From: an uncultured Acidobacteriota bacterium
GTDB lineage: Bacteria > Acidobacteriota > Vicinamibacteria > Vicinamibacterales > CAVVIG01
Direction of reading: 5' to 3'
Assembly (NCBI GenBank): GCA_963837345.1
Contig: CAWIMX010000001.1
Location: forward strand, 3,086,959-3,150,958
DNA: 64,000 bases
Both the position numbers and the translations under genes were made by a program. This document shows, piece by piece, positions 19,446-28,739 of this stretch. The notes below the pieces were generated by a model. It saw only the letters and a program-made list of their open reading frames with translations. It did no database searches and was not told where the DNA came from. Numbering within the stretch: position 1 is the first letter of the stretch; every line of letters begins with the position of its first letter.

Positions 19446-20070
19446 CGGCCGGAGTCCATCCTCGCCGTCCGCCGAAGCCGAACGACACGCCGGCCGACAC
19501 ACGCACGCCCAGCGGCAGCCACAGGACGCTCAGCGATTGCGCGTCGATTCGGACGGACGCGCGGGAGCCGACGGGCTGATCGAACCCTGCGCCGAACGCC
19601 GTGAACAACGGGCTCTCGATGATCGTATGGCGATAGGCCGGAATGATCACGGGCGATCCGTCAGGGCCCGGTACGCGATGCTCGGGAAAGCGCTCTCGCG
19701 CGTAGTAGCCAGCCGCGCCGTACGTCAGAAACAGCCCGCGCCCGGGGGGCAGACGCTGACGGATCTGCACGGTATAGAAGCCCTCGAACTGCCGGCTGCA
19801 GCAGGTCCGGCCGCCCGGCGCGACGCTCACGCCGGCGTCGATCGCGAATCGTGGCGTCAGCCGAATCGTTCCCCGCATCTCGGCCGTGCCGCTCGTCACG
19901 CCGGCGCCCTCGAAGTCGGGGGTCCGCACGATGAGGCCCCCGGCGCCGACGCCGATTTCGACGGCCGGGGTGCCGGAGCGGCGGCCTGGTGCCGGCCCTT
20001 GCGCCCACGCGGTCGCCACTCCGATCGTCGCTGCCAGAGGGAGCGAAATCAGTCGAAATCCCGTGAACAT
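19411..20070 (-). CDS. outer-membrane beta-barrel protein (small porin-like)
   Basis: 219 aa. GAGGAGG RBS. Signal peptide MFTGFRLISLPLAATIGVATAWAQG. Alternating beta-strand pattern. Confidence 0.7.
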   Translation of the reverse strand: MFTGFRLISLPLAATIGVATAWAQGPAPGRRSGTPAVEIGVGAGGLIVRTPDFEGAGVTSGTAEMRGTIRLTPRFAIDAGVSVAPGGRTCCSRQFEGFYTVQIRQRLPPGRGLFLTYGAAGYYARERFPEHRVPGPDGSPVIIPAYRHTIIESPLFTAFGAGFDQPVGSRASVRIDAQSLSVLWLPLGVRVSAGVSFGFGGRRGWTPAAIPASRAGASR

Positions 20071-20096
20071 TGCGCTCGGTGCCTCCTCAATCGATA

Positions 20097-20657
20097 ATGC
20101 GCAGGCTCACGGCCGTACAGCTCATGAATGAGTCCGAACCACCCATCGGCGATGCGAACGACCTGGCGCCGCTCGTGTACAACGAGCTGCGGCGAGTGGC
20201 TGCCGCATACATGCGGCGCGAACGGCCGGGGCAGACGCTGCAACCGACCGCGCTCGTGAACGAGGCCTACCTGCGCCTCGCCGGAGCAGGGACGCCCTGG
20301 ACCGACCGGCGTCATTTCGTCGGCATCGCCGCGCGTTCGATGCGCCAGATCCTCATCGAGCGCGCCCGGGCGCGCGGCGCGCAGAAGCGGTGGGCGGGTC
20401 TCGACCGCGTGTCGCTCCACGAGTCCCTGGCGGCCGGCCGGCGCGAAGACGTGTGGCTGCCGGTTCTGGACGAAGCGCTGACCCGGCTCGAAGCGATCGA
20501 CGCCCAGCAGGCGAAGATCGTCGAGCTCCGCTACTTTGCCGGGCTGAGCATCGAGGAAACCGCCGAAGCGATGGACCTCTCGCCAGCCACGGTGAAGCGG
20601 CGGTGGGCCCTCGCCCGCGCGTGGCTGTTTCGCGAGCTCAGTGCCACGGTGGCATGA
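20097..20657 (+). CDS. ECF sigma factor, TIGR02999/ECF43-like (kinase-associated type)
   Basis: [39 protein letters not shown] is the hallmark of this subfamily. The start is uncertain (20070, 20097 or 20124). Its stop overlaps the kinase ATG (ATGA). Confidence 0.85.
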   Translation: MRRLTAVQLMNESEPPIGDANDLAPLVYNELRRVAAAYMRRERPGQTLQPTALVNEAYLRLAGAGTPWTDRRHFVGIAARSMRQILIERARARGAQKRWAGLDRVSLHESLAAGRREDVWLPVLDEALTRLEAIDAQQAKIVELRYFAGLSIEETAEAMDLSPATVKRRWALARAWLFRELSATVA

Positions 20658-22130
20658 CGCCCGACCAGCGCCGTCGCGTGCGCGATCTGTTCGAGGAGGC
20701 CGTCGATCGCGACGAGGCCGAGGCGACGCGGTGGGTCGCCCGCGCGGCCGCCGACGACGAGGCGGTACAGCGCGAGCTTCGTTCGCTCTGGGACCACCAT
20801 CGACAGGCCCGGGCGTTCCTCTCGCGGCCCGTCGCCGAGTCGATGCCCGATCTGCTCGTCGAGGACCACGCGCTCCAACCCGGTACCATCCTCGGCCCCT
20901 ACGAAATTCGCGACGAGATCGGTCGTGGCGGAATGGGGCGCGTCTATCTGGCGTTTGACACGCGTCTCGGCCGGCCGGTCGCCCTCAAGGCCCTGGCGCC
21001 CGAGCTCACCGCTGATCCGGCACACCGCGAACGGCTGAAACGCGAGGCGCGCGCGGCGGCGGGTCTGACCCACCCGGGCATCTGCACGGTCTATGCGCTC
21101 GAGGAGCTGGACGGGGCCGTCTACATCGCCGCCGAATACGTGGATGGACGGACGCTGCGCGACGAGATTGCGGGCGCGGAGCGTCCATCGCCCGACGCGG
21201 TCCTCTCGACGGCGCGTTCGCTGGCCGACGCGCTCGCGGCGGCGCACCTGGCGGGCATCGTGCATCGCGACCTCAAACCGGAAAACGTGATGCGGACCCG
21301 CGACGGCCGGCTGAAGATCCTGGACTTCGGACTGGCCCGCGTCGCCAGCCGTGAGGATCGCCGGGCCGCCACCGTGGGGACCCTGGCGATCGGGCTCGCC
21401 GGGACGCTCGCCTACATGGCGCCCGAGCAATTGAACGGTGAGCCGGTCGATGCCAGGTCGGATGTGTTTGCGCTCGGCATCCTCTTGTACGAGTATGCGA
21501 CCGGCCGCCATCCCTTCGAGGCCGCGACGCCGTTTGCGACGGCAGGCCGAATTCTCGAGAGCCGCGTCGAACGGCTCGACCATCGTCGTCCCGACGTGCC
21601 CGCGGCGGTGGCCGATGTGGTGGAACGGGCATTGGAGAAGTCGCCGTCGGCGCGATTCGCCTCGGCGGCCGCGTTCCTGGACGCGCTCGGCCGCCGAGCC
21701 TCCAGGCCGCCAGGCGGATCGCAGAATCGGGTGGTGGCGCGCCCACCAGCTCGTGGTCATCGGCTTGTATGTCGCGGCGTCGGTGACGGCGTGGCAGGTC
21801 AAGCAGCTGGCGCCGACGGCCGTGCCGCTGTCGCTTTTTCTCGCCATCGGCTCGGCGAGCACGATCGGCGGCGTTCTCCGCGGACATCTCGCGTTCACGG
21901 CCACGGTGCACCCGCATCGCCTCACGACCGAAAGGCGGCGAACGGGCCGGGCGACGCTCGTGGTCGATCTGCTGATCAGCATCGCGTTGCTCGTGGACGG
22001 GCTCGTGCTGGCCTCCAGGAACTTCGTGCTGTACGGGCTGCTGACCATGGCGCTCGGCATCGGCATCGGACTGGCGGCGGCGTGGCTCGAACCGGCGACG
22101 ACGGACGCGGCCTTTGGGAGCGAACCATGA
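20654..22130 (+). pseudogene. Ser/Thr protein kinase with C-terminal membrane domain, reading frame broken by +1 nt near 21690-21731
   Basis: The kinase domain ([28 protein letters not shown]) is in one frame. The expected C-terminal part [20 protein letters not shown]...AFGSEP is in the next frame and ends at 22130, overlapping the next ATG. The span is 1477 nt (3n+1). Confidence 0.8.
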
Positions 22131-23111
22131 TGATGATCGGGATCGAAATCAAGGAATCCGGAGGCCCGGAGGTGCTGGTCGCCTCGAAGCGGCCCGTGCC
22201 AGTCCCCGGCGACGGCGAGGTGCTGATTCGCGTGGCGGCCGCCGGCGTGAACCGCCCCGACGTCATGCAGCGGCAGGGCCGGTATCCGCCTCCGCCAGGG
22301 GCCTCCGATCTGCCGGGTCTCGAAGTGGCGGGCACGGTGGAAGGCGTGGGCAACGGGGTGTCGGAATGGGCGCCGGGCCAGGCGGTGTGCGCGCTGGTCT
22401 CGGGTGGGGGATACGCGGAGTTCGCCGTGGCGCCCTCGCCGCAGTGCCTGCCGGTGCCGACCGGGCTCAGCATGGTCGCGGCGGCGGCGGTGCCCGAGAC
22501 GTTCTTCACCGTCTGGACCAACGTGTTCGAACGCGGACGCCTGGTGGCGGGCGAGTCGCTGCTGGTTCACGGCGGATCGAGCGGAATCGGCACGACGGCC
22601 ATTCAACTGGCCCGCGCCCGCGGTTCGCGCGTGTTCGCGACGGCCGGAATCCGACGAGAAGTGCGCGGCCTGCGAGCGGCTCGGCGCCGAGCGCGGGATC
22701 AACTATCGCGCCGTCGATTTCGTGGCCGCGGTGCAGCAGGCGACCGCGGACCGCGGCGTCGACGTCGTCCTCGATATCGTCGGCGGCGACTACGTAGCCC
22801 GCAATCTCGACGTGCTCGCGCGCGAAGGCCGGCTGGTGCAGATTGGCACGCAGGGCGGCGCCCGCGCCGACATCAACCTGCGCCCGATTCTGATGCGGCG
22901 CCTGACGCTGACCGGTTCGACGCTGCGTCCGCGAAGCGTCCAGGAGAAAGGCGAGCTCGCAGCGGCGGTACGACGGCACGTCTGGCCGCTTCTCGAGTCG
23001 GGCGCGGTGGCGCCCGTCGTGTACGCCACGTTTCCGCTGCGCGAGGCGGCCGCGGCGCACCGGCTCATGGAGTCGGGCGTCCACATCGGCAAGATCGTCC
23101 TGACGGTCTAG
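22127..23111 (+). pseudogene. NAD(P)H:quinone oxidoreductase (PIG3/zeta-crystallin family), frame broken by an extra A at 22648/22649
   Basis: [18 protein letters not shown]...[26 protein letters not shown] continues as [19 protein letters not shown]...HIGKIVLTV only after skipping one base (GGA-A-TCC). The span is 985 nt (3n+1). Confidence 0.85.
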
Positions 23112-23117
23112 GGTCGC

Positions 23118-24377
23118 GTGCGCGCTTCGCTCGTCGCCCTGCAGTCGCGCAACTTCCGGCTGATCTGGATTGGCCTGCTGCTGTCGTTCACCGGCTCGTT
23201 CATGCAGAACGCAGCCATCCTCTGGCACGTCTCGCTGCTCGTGGCTCCCGACGATCGCGCGATCGCGCTGGGGCTGGTCGGCCTGTCGAAGGTCGTGCCG
23301 ATCGTCCTGTTCTCGCTGGTGAGCGGCGTCGCCGCCGACGCGTTGAACCGCCAGCGGCTGCTCGTGGCGACCCAGACGGCGGGCGCGGCGGTGGCGTTGG
23401 GCCTGGCGGCCCTCACGTTCCGCGGCCTCACGGCCGTCTGGCCGATCTACCTCCTGGCGGCCATCGGCGCGTCCGTGAGCGCGTTCGATCTTCCCGCCCG
23501 CCAGGCGCTGCTCCCCCTGCTGGTGCCGCGCGAACACCTGCCGAATGCGATCAGCCTGAACGCCATCATGGTGCAGGTGGCCTCGGTGGCGGGTCCGGCC
23601 GTCGGCGGCGTCCTGATCGGCGCGTTCGGCGTGGGCTGGGCCTATATCGCCAATGCGGTCTCGTTCGGCTTCGTCGTCGTCGCCCTGCTGATGATGCGGA
23701 ACGTGCGCGAGAGCGAAGGGGTGACCGGCACCGCCCGCGAACGGGTATCGCTCGGCGCCGCGTTCGAAGGGGTGCGGTTCGTGTTCCGGTCCTCCCTCAT
23801 CCGATCGACGATGCTGCTCGACTTCGTGGCGACGTTCTTCGCCTCGGCGACGGCCCTCCTGCCGATCTTCGCGCAGGACTTCCTGCACGTGGGCCCCCTG
23901 GGCTTCGGCTGGCTCTTCGCAGCGCCGGCGGCGGGATCGGTGCTGGCCAGCCTCGCCATGGTGCCGCTCACCGAGCGGATCGAGCGCCGCGGGCGGACAC
24001 TCATCTGGGCGGTGGTCGGCCACGGAGCGGCGACCATCGTGTTCGGATTGTCGCGGGCGTACTGGCTCACCTTTCTGTGCCTGGCGCTGACCGGCGCCAC
24101 TGATACCGTGAGCACGGTGATTCGCAGCATCGTGCGACAGCTGGAGACGCCGGAGCGTCTGCTGGGACGCATGTCCGGCGTGAACATGGTGTTCTTCATG
24201 GGCGGCCCGCAACTCGGCGAGCTCGAGGCGGGCGTGGTGGCGCACGGCTTCGGCGCACCGTTCTCGGTCGTGAGCGGTGGGCTGGCCTGCATGGCGGCGA
24301 CCGCGTGGATTGCGTCGAAGACCCCCGCGCTCCGCGGCTACACGCGCGAGGGTCGGCACCACGGCCAGCCCTCGTGA
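23118..24377 (+). CDS. MFS transporter (EntS/DUF894-like)
   Basis: 419 aa, GTG start. [29 protein letters not shown] start and about 12 hydrophobic spans. Confidence 0.88.
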   Translation: MRASLVALQSRNFRLIWIGLLLSFTGSFMQNAAILWHVSLLVAPDDRAIALGLVGLSKVVPIVLFSLVSGVAADALNRQRLLVATQTAGAAVALGLAALTFRGLTAVWPIYLLAAIGASVSAFDLPARQALLPLLVPREHLPNAISLNAIMVQVASVAGPAVGGVLIGAFGVGWAYIANAVSFGFVVVALLMMRNVRESEGVTGTARERVSLGAAFEGVRFVFRSSLIRSTMLLDFVATFFASATALLPIFAQDFLHVGPLGFGWLFAAPAAGSVLASLAMVPLTERIERRGRTLIWAVVGHGAATIVFGLSRAYWLTFLCLALTGATDTVSTVIRSIVRQLETPERLLGRMSGVNMVFFMGGPQLGELEAGVVAHGFGAPFSVVSGGLACMAATAWIASKTPALRGYTREGRHHGQPS

Positions 24378-25169
24378 CTAGGGCGTGAACTCGATCGTGA
24401 TCTCCGGTGCGTCGATGATCTTGACGCCCGGGACATCCTTGAGGAGCGCTTGCGTGGCCGCACGGTCGGGCGCCGCCTGAAGCTTCGCGAGCAGCGTGTC
24501 GTCGGCCAGGAGCGCGTCGAGATTCAGATCGACGAGCGTGACGCGATTCCCGTCGACGTACGGGCTGCTGGTCCGGACCAGCCGACCCGCCGGTTCGATG
24601 GCAATGGTGACGCGGGCGCCGGCCAGCAGGGGTTTCAACATGGCCAGCTGCGGCCCGGGTGGCAGGGTGGGCAGGCCGCTTCCGCCGAGGGAGGCGCCGC
24701 CCGCGCCGGCCGCGTCCGGCATGGCGATGCGCAGGACGACGTTGCCGTTGGCCTGTCGATCGAGGCTGAACCCGAGTGCCCCCGCGCCCGATGGTGCCGC
24801 ATCGGGAGTCGCCGGCTGCTGCGACATGCGCACGGTCCGGATGTCGTCGAACGCGAACACCATCTCGCGGCCTTCCCCGGCATCGGTCGTGATCGGTGTG
24901 GAGGACACATAGCTGACGCCCGGACCGAGCGCGGCGGCCATCTCGCGCGCGGTGTCTTCCGACAGCGGGTTGAACCCTCCCGGATCCTGGTTCGCGCCCG
25001 AGGCACCGGCCAGCTGTTTCATCTGTTCGAGCGCGGCGGCCGTGAACACCAGACGTTGCACGATCGTGCCGCTGCCGTCGGCCTTGATCTGGAGCAGCGT
25101 GCTCGACTGGAAGCAGGCGGTCGAGCCGAGAGCGAGAAGCGCGGCGAGCGCCAGACGCAGGCCCTTCAT
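24378..25169 (-). CDS. lipoprotein, function unknown
   Basis: 263 aa from MKGLRLALAALLALGSTAC (lipobox-like). Last gene of the padR-led minus-strand operon. Confidence 0.7.
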   Translation of the reverse strand: MKGLRLALAALLALGSTACFQSSTLLQIKADGSGTIVQRLVFTAAALEQMKQLAGASGANQDPGGFNPLSEDTAREMAAALGPGVSYVSSTPITTDAGEGREMVFAFDDIRTVRMSQQPATPDAAPSGAGALGFSLDRQANGNVVLRIAMPDAAGAGGASLGGSGLPTLPPGPQLAMLKPLLAGARVTIAIEPAGRLVRTSSPYVDGNRVTLVDLNLDALLADDTLLAKLQAAPDRAATQALLKDVPGVKIIDAPEITIEFTP

Positions 25170-25171
25170 GA

Positions 25172-25471
25172 TCAGCCTTCGAGGCTGTAGATTTCGCGCC
25201 GGCCGTGCTCGATGAGCTCGTGGTAGTCCTTCATGATGTCCTGGAACTCCTTCTGTTCCATGCCCGTCTTCATCATGGTTTCGTACTCCTGCAGGGTGGG
25301 CACCTCGAGTTCGGCGACGACGGTCCAGTAGCGCTCGGCGCTGAGGTCGGTCATGACGCGCATGGCCCGGAAGCCGAGCGTGGTGCCGGCTTTCGACAAC
25401 GCGAGGAACTTCTGGACCATCGGGCGGGCCTTCCCGGGCTTGCAGTACATGATGTCGCGAATCACCAGCAT
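25172..25471 (-). CDS. small hypothetical protein (possibly ferredoxin-like alpha/beta barrel)
   Basis: 99-aa ORF. Its stop lies 2 nt before the lipoprotein start. Composition is clearly coding (Lys/Glu/Met-rich, unlike the antisense artefacts). Confidence 0.65.
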   Translation of the reverse strand: MLVIRDIMYCKPGKARPMVQKFLALSKAGTTLGFRAMRVMTDLSAERYWTVVAELEVPTLQEYETMMKTGMEQKEFQDIMKDYHELIEHGRREIYSLEG

Positions 25472-25519
25472 CGGCAGCCTCCACTCGTCACTCTAGCGAC
25501 GGGAGGGGCAGGAATCAAC

Positions 25520-25846
25520 TCACGCTTCGAGTGCCCGCGCGATCGCGCCGGCGACCCGGTTCCACTGGCTCTTCTCCTGCTTGAGCTGACGGCGGCCGGC
25601 GGCGGTCAACCGGTAGTACTTCGCCCTGCGGTTGTTCTCCGACGCGCGCCAGGCGGATGCGAGCCAGCCGGCCTCCTCCAGACGATGCAGCGCGGGGAAG
25701 AGCGACCCGGGCTGGACCTGGAACGTCCCGCGCGTGATCTGATCGATGCGGCGCGAGACGCCGAGGCCGTGCAGCTCGTCCAGGCTGAGTGCCTTGAGGA
25801 TGAGCAGGTCGAGCGTGCCCTGCAGCAGGGCGGCCGGTGCGGTCAT
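25520..25846 (-). CDS. PadR family transcriptional regulator
   Basis: 108 aa. LLQGTLDLLILKALSLDELHGLGVSRRI...GSLFPALHRLEEAGWL winged-helix signature. AGGAG RBS. Confidence 0.92.
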   Translation of the reverse strand: MTAPAALLQGTLDLLILKALSLDELHGLGVSRRIDQITRGTFQVQPGSLFPALHRLEEAGWLASAWRASENNRRAKYYRLTAAGRRQLKQEKSQWNRVAGAIARALEA

Positions 25847-25855
25847 CAGTCGTCT

Positions 25856-25874
25856 CCTATCGTCATTCGATAGG
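25856..25874. promoter_or_regulatory. operator candidate CTATCG-N5-CGATAG over the predicted padR transcription start
   Basis: CCTATCG-TCATT-CGATAGG is a perfect 7-bp inverted repeat. It sits just downstream of the minus-strand TTGACA(25907-25902)-N17-TACCGT(25884-25879) promoter. Confidence 0.5.
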
Positions 25875-25900
25875 TCAGACGGTACTCGCGGCGAGCGCGG

Positions 25901-25919
25901 GTGTCAATCGCCTTGACAC
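25901..25919. promoter_or_regulatory. back-to-back divergent -35 hexamers forming a palindrome
   Basis: GTGTCAA-TCGCC-TTGACAC. The right arm is TTGACA for the plus-strand promoter (N18, then TAAGGT at 25937-25942). The left arm is TTGACA on the minus strand. Confidence 0.5.
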
Positions 25920-25945
25920 GCGGAGGCGTTCGATCCTAAGGTGAC

Positions 25946-25962
25946 GTATCGAACGTCGATAC
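25946..25962. promoter_or_regulatory. operator candidate TATCG-N5-CGATA over the predicted permease transcription start
   Basis: GTATCGA-ACG-TCGATAC is a perfect inverted repeat with the same TATCG/CGATA half-sites as 25856-25874. It begins 4 nt after the TAAGGT -10 box. Confidence 0.5.
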
Positions 25963-25992
25963 GAGACGACGTCAGATCGGGATCATCACCGT

Positions 25993-28683
25993 ATGCGGCT
26001 GTTGTCGCGGCTGTCGGCCTGCTGGCGCAACCTCGTCGCGCCCGATCGGGTCGACCGGGAGCTCGATGCGGAAGTCCGCGCCACGTTCGATCTCCTCGTG
26101 CAGGAGCGGACCCGCTCGGGCGCCCTGCCCGCCGTCGCGCGCCGGGCGGCGGCTCTCGAGCTGGGCGGCGTCGAACAGGTCAAGGAAGGCGTGCGCGACG
26201 TGCGAGGAGGGGCTGTGGTGAGCCGAGTCGTGACGGATTTCAGGCGCGACATCGTCTTCGCCGTCCGCGGCCTCTGGCGGCGTCCGCTGTTCACCGTCGT
26301 CGCCCTGGTCACTCTGGCGCTCGGGATCGGCGCCAATGCGGCGATCTTCAGCGTGATCCGCGCGGTGCTCTTGCGGCCGTTGCCGTACGACGCGCCGGAG
26401 GCGCTCGTGCGGATCACCAGCCTGAACACCGTGACCGGCGAGGTCGGTAACCTCTCGCCCGCCGACTTCTTCGATTTCGAGCGCGACACGCGCACGATCG
26501 ACCGGATGGGCCTGAACGGCTTCATCGACCGGTTTACGGTGAGCGGCGGCGTCGGGGATGCCGAACGGGTGGGCGCAGTGCGGGTCACCGAAGGCTTCTT
26601 TCCGACCCTTGGCGTCACGCCGGCGCTCGGGCGGCTGTTCGATGCCGCGGAGGACCGGCCCGGCGGGCCGGCCGTCACCCTCATCTCCGACGGCTTCTGG
26701 CGCCGCCGATTCGCCGCCGACCCCGCGATCGTCGGCCGGACGATCACGGTGAACGCCGTCCCCACCACCGTGATCGGCGTGCTGCCGGCGACGTACCGTC
26801 ACCTCGAAGAGAACGCCGACCGTCCGGTGGACCTCTTCATGCTGTACCAGTTCGATCGCGTACAGCCCAACCGCGGCGGTCACTTCGTGCGCGCAGTCGC
26901 GCGGCTCGGGCCGGGACGCACCGTCGACGAAGCCCGGGCCGAGCTCGCCGGCATCGCCGCGAGGCTGGAGCAGGAGTATCCGGTCGACAACACGCATCGC
27001 GGCGTCGTGGTGCGCCCGCTCCGCGACGCGATCGTCGAGGGTGCGCGGCCCGTGCTGCTGCTGCTCGCCGGGGCCGTGGGGTTCGTGCTGCTGGTCGTCT
27101 GCGCGAACATGGCCAACCTGCTGCTTGCCGCCGGGTCCGGGCGGCAGCGCGAGCTCGCGGTGCGGGCGGCGCTCGGCGCGGGGCGTGGGCGGCTCGTCCG
27201 GCAGATGCTCACCGAGAGCCTGGCGCTCGGGCTGGCCGGCGCGGTCGGGGGCGTCGGGATTGCGGCCCTCGGAGTGCCGCTGCTCACGGCGCTCTCCGCC
27301 GCCGGCATCCCGCGCGCCGGCGACATCCGCGTCGACTCGATGGTGCTGGCCTTTGCCGCGGCGATCGCCGTGGCAGCCAGCCTCGTCTTCGGACTGGTCC
27401 CGGCGCTCACGTTCCTGCACGACGACGTCAACGAGGCGCTGAAGCAGGGCGGGCGGCAGCCGGGGGCCCTCGTCCACCGCCGGTCGCGGGAAGCGTTGAT
27501 TCTCGGCGAGGTGGCCGTCTCGGTCGTGCTCCTCGTCGGCGCCGGGCTGCTCGTCGAGAGCCTCTGGCGCCTGCAGGCGGTGAGTCCGGGTTTCGAAGCC
27601 GAACGGGCGGTCACGATGAGCGTCGCGCTTCCGACCGCGCGGTACCCCGAGGGCACCGAGATGCCGTTCTACGAACAGCTCGAGGCGCGCATCCGTGAGC
27701 TGCCCGGCGTCGGGCACGTGGGTGCCGTGAACATTCTGCCCCTGAGCGACAACTACGACGGCCGGAGCGTCCAGATCGAAGCCCATCCCCAGCCGGTCGG
27801 CCAGACGCCAAGTCCGCAGGCGCGATCGGTCACGCCTGGCTACTTCGCGGCGATGGGGATTCCGCTCATTCGCGGCCGTCTCTTCGACGGGCGCGACACG
27901 ACGGACAGTCCACTCGTCGTGATCGTCTCCGAGTCGATGGCTCGCCGGTACTGGCCCGGCGAAGACGCGTTGGGCCGCCGCATCACGTTCAATGCGGGAG
28001 TGCCCGCGGAAGGCCGCAGGGATGTCGGCGGCGCCGGATCGCGCGAGGTGGTGGGCATCGTGGGTGACGTGAAGCACCTGGGACTGGCCGAAGAGGAACC
28101 GGTGCCGATGTTCTACACGCCGCATGCGCAGCAGCCCTCCTATCACGCGATGACCCTGGTGGTGCGGACGACGAGCGCTCCGGCCGGGCTGGTGGGCTCG
28201 ATCCGGGCCGAGCTCGCCCGGATGGATCCCGAAGTCCCGCTCTCCGACGTGCGATCGCTCGACCAGGTGTTGTCGGGTGCGGTCGTGGAGCCGGAAGTGC
28301 GCGCGGCGCTCTTCGCCCTCTTCGCCGGGCTCGCGATGCTGCTGGCCGCGGTCGGCGTCTACGGGGTCGTCGGATACCTGGTGGCCCAGCGAACGCACGA
28401 GATTGGAGTCCGCGTGGCGCTCGGGGCTTCGTCGTCCACGGTGCTCGCCATGGTCGTCCGCGACGGCATGCGGCCGGTCGTGCTTGGCATCGTGGTGGGC
28501 CTGGTGAGCGCGCTCGGCCTGAGCCGCCTGCTCCAGGCGCTGCTGTTCGGCGTCACCACGACCGACGCGACCGCCTACGTGGTGGCCTGCGGCGCGCTGG
28601 CGCTCGTCAGCCTGCTCGCCACGCTCGTACCCGCCCGACGCGCGCTCACCGTGAACCCGGTGACGGCACTCCGCGGCGACTGA
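25993..28683 (+). CDS. ABC transporter permease, duplicated FtsX/MacB-type (ADOP family)
   Basis: 896 aa. N-terminal cytoplasmic helix LDAEVRATFDLLVQE, two MacB-like periplasmic domains and two FtsX 4-TM modules. This family is usually partnered with PadR. Confidence 0.9.
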   Translation: MRLLSRLSACWRNLVAPDRVDRELDAEVRATFDLLVQERTRSGALPAVARRAAALELGGVEQVKEGVRDVRGGAVVSRVVTDFRRDIVFAVRGLWRRPLFTVVALVTLALGIGANAAIFSVIRAVLLRPLPYDAPEALVRITSLNTVTGEVGNLSPADFFDFERDTRTIDRMGLNGFIDRFTVSGGVGDAERVGAVRVTEGFFPTLGVTPALGRLFDAAEDRPGGPAVTLISDGFWRRRFAADPAIVGRTITVNAVPTTVIGVLPATYRHLEENADRPVDLFMLYQFDRVQPNRGGHFVRAVARLGPGRTVDEARAELAGIAARLEQEYPVDNTHRGVVVRPLRDAIVEGARPVLLLLAGAVGFVLLVVCANMANLLLAAGSGRQRELAVRAALGAGRGRLVRQMLTESLALGLAGAVGGVGIAALGVPLLTALSAAGIPRAGDIRVDSMVLAFAAAIAVAASLVFGLVPALTFLHDDVNEALKQGGRQPGALVHRRSREALILGEVAVSVVLLVGAGLLVESLWRLQAVSPGFEAERAVTMSVALPTARYPEGTEMPFYEQLEARIRELPGVGHVGAVNILPLSDNYDGRSVQIEAHPQPVGQTPSPQARSVTPGYFAAMGIPLIRGRLFDGRDTTDSPLVVIVSESMARRYWPGEDALGRRITFNAGVPAEGRRDVGGAGSREVVGIVGDVKHLGLAEEEPVPMFYTPHAQQPSYHAMTLVVRTTSAPAGLVGSIRAELARMDPEVPLSDVRSLDQVLSGAVVEPEVRAALFALFAGLAMLLAAVGVYGVVGYLVAQRTHEIGVRVALGASSSTVLAMVVRDGMRPVVLGIVVGLVSALGLSRLLQALLFGVTTTDATAYVVACGALALVSLLATLVPARRALTVNPVTALRGD

Positions 28684-28739
28684 GGCCGGGCGCGGGCTTT
28701 CGCGCGCGCCTGCGGCGTGCCCGGGTAGAATCGAGGCCC

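Noticed and set aside
19411-19480. The outer-membrane barrel gene seems to run about 20 codons past a typical ...VSFGF terminus, suggesting a lost stop or frameshift
   Set aside because: There is no in-frame stop or alternative frame with better sequence. The extension may be genuine, so the evidence is insufficient.
20390-24103. 1237-aa ORF spanning the sigma tail, kinase, oxidoreductase and most of the MFS gene
   Set aside because: It is a high-GC stop-free read-through. Recognisable kinase and oxidoreductase sequence alternates with Arg/Ala/Gly-rich nonsense, and the true C-termini lie in the adjacent frame and end exactly at ATGA junctions.
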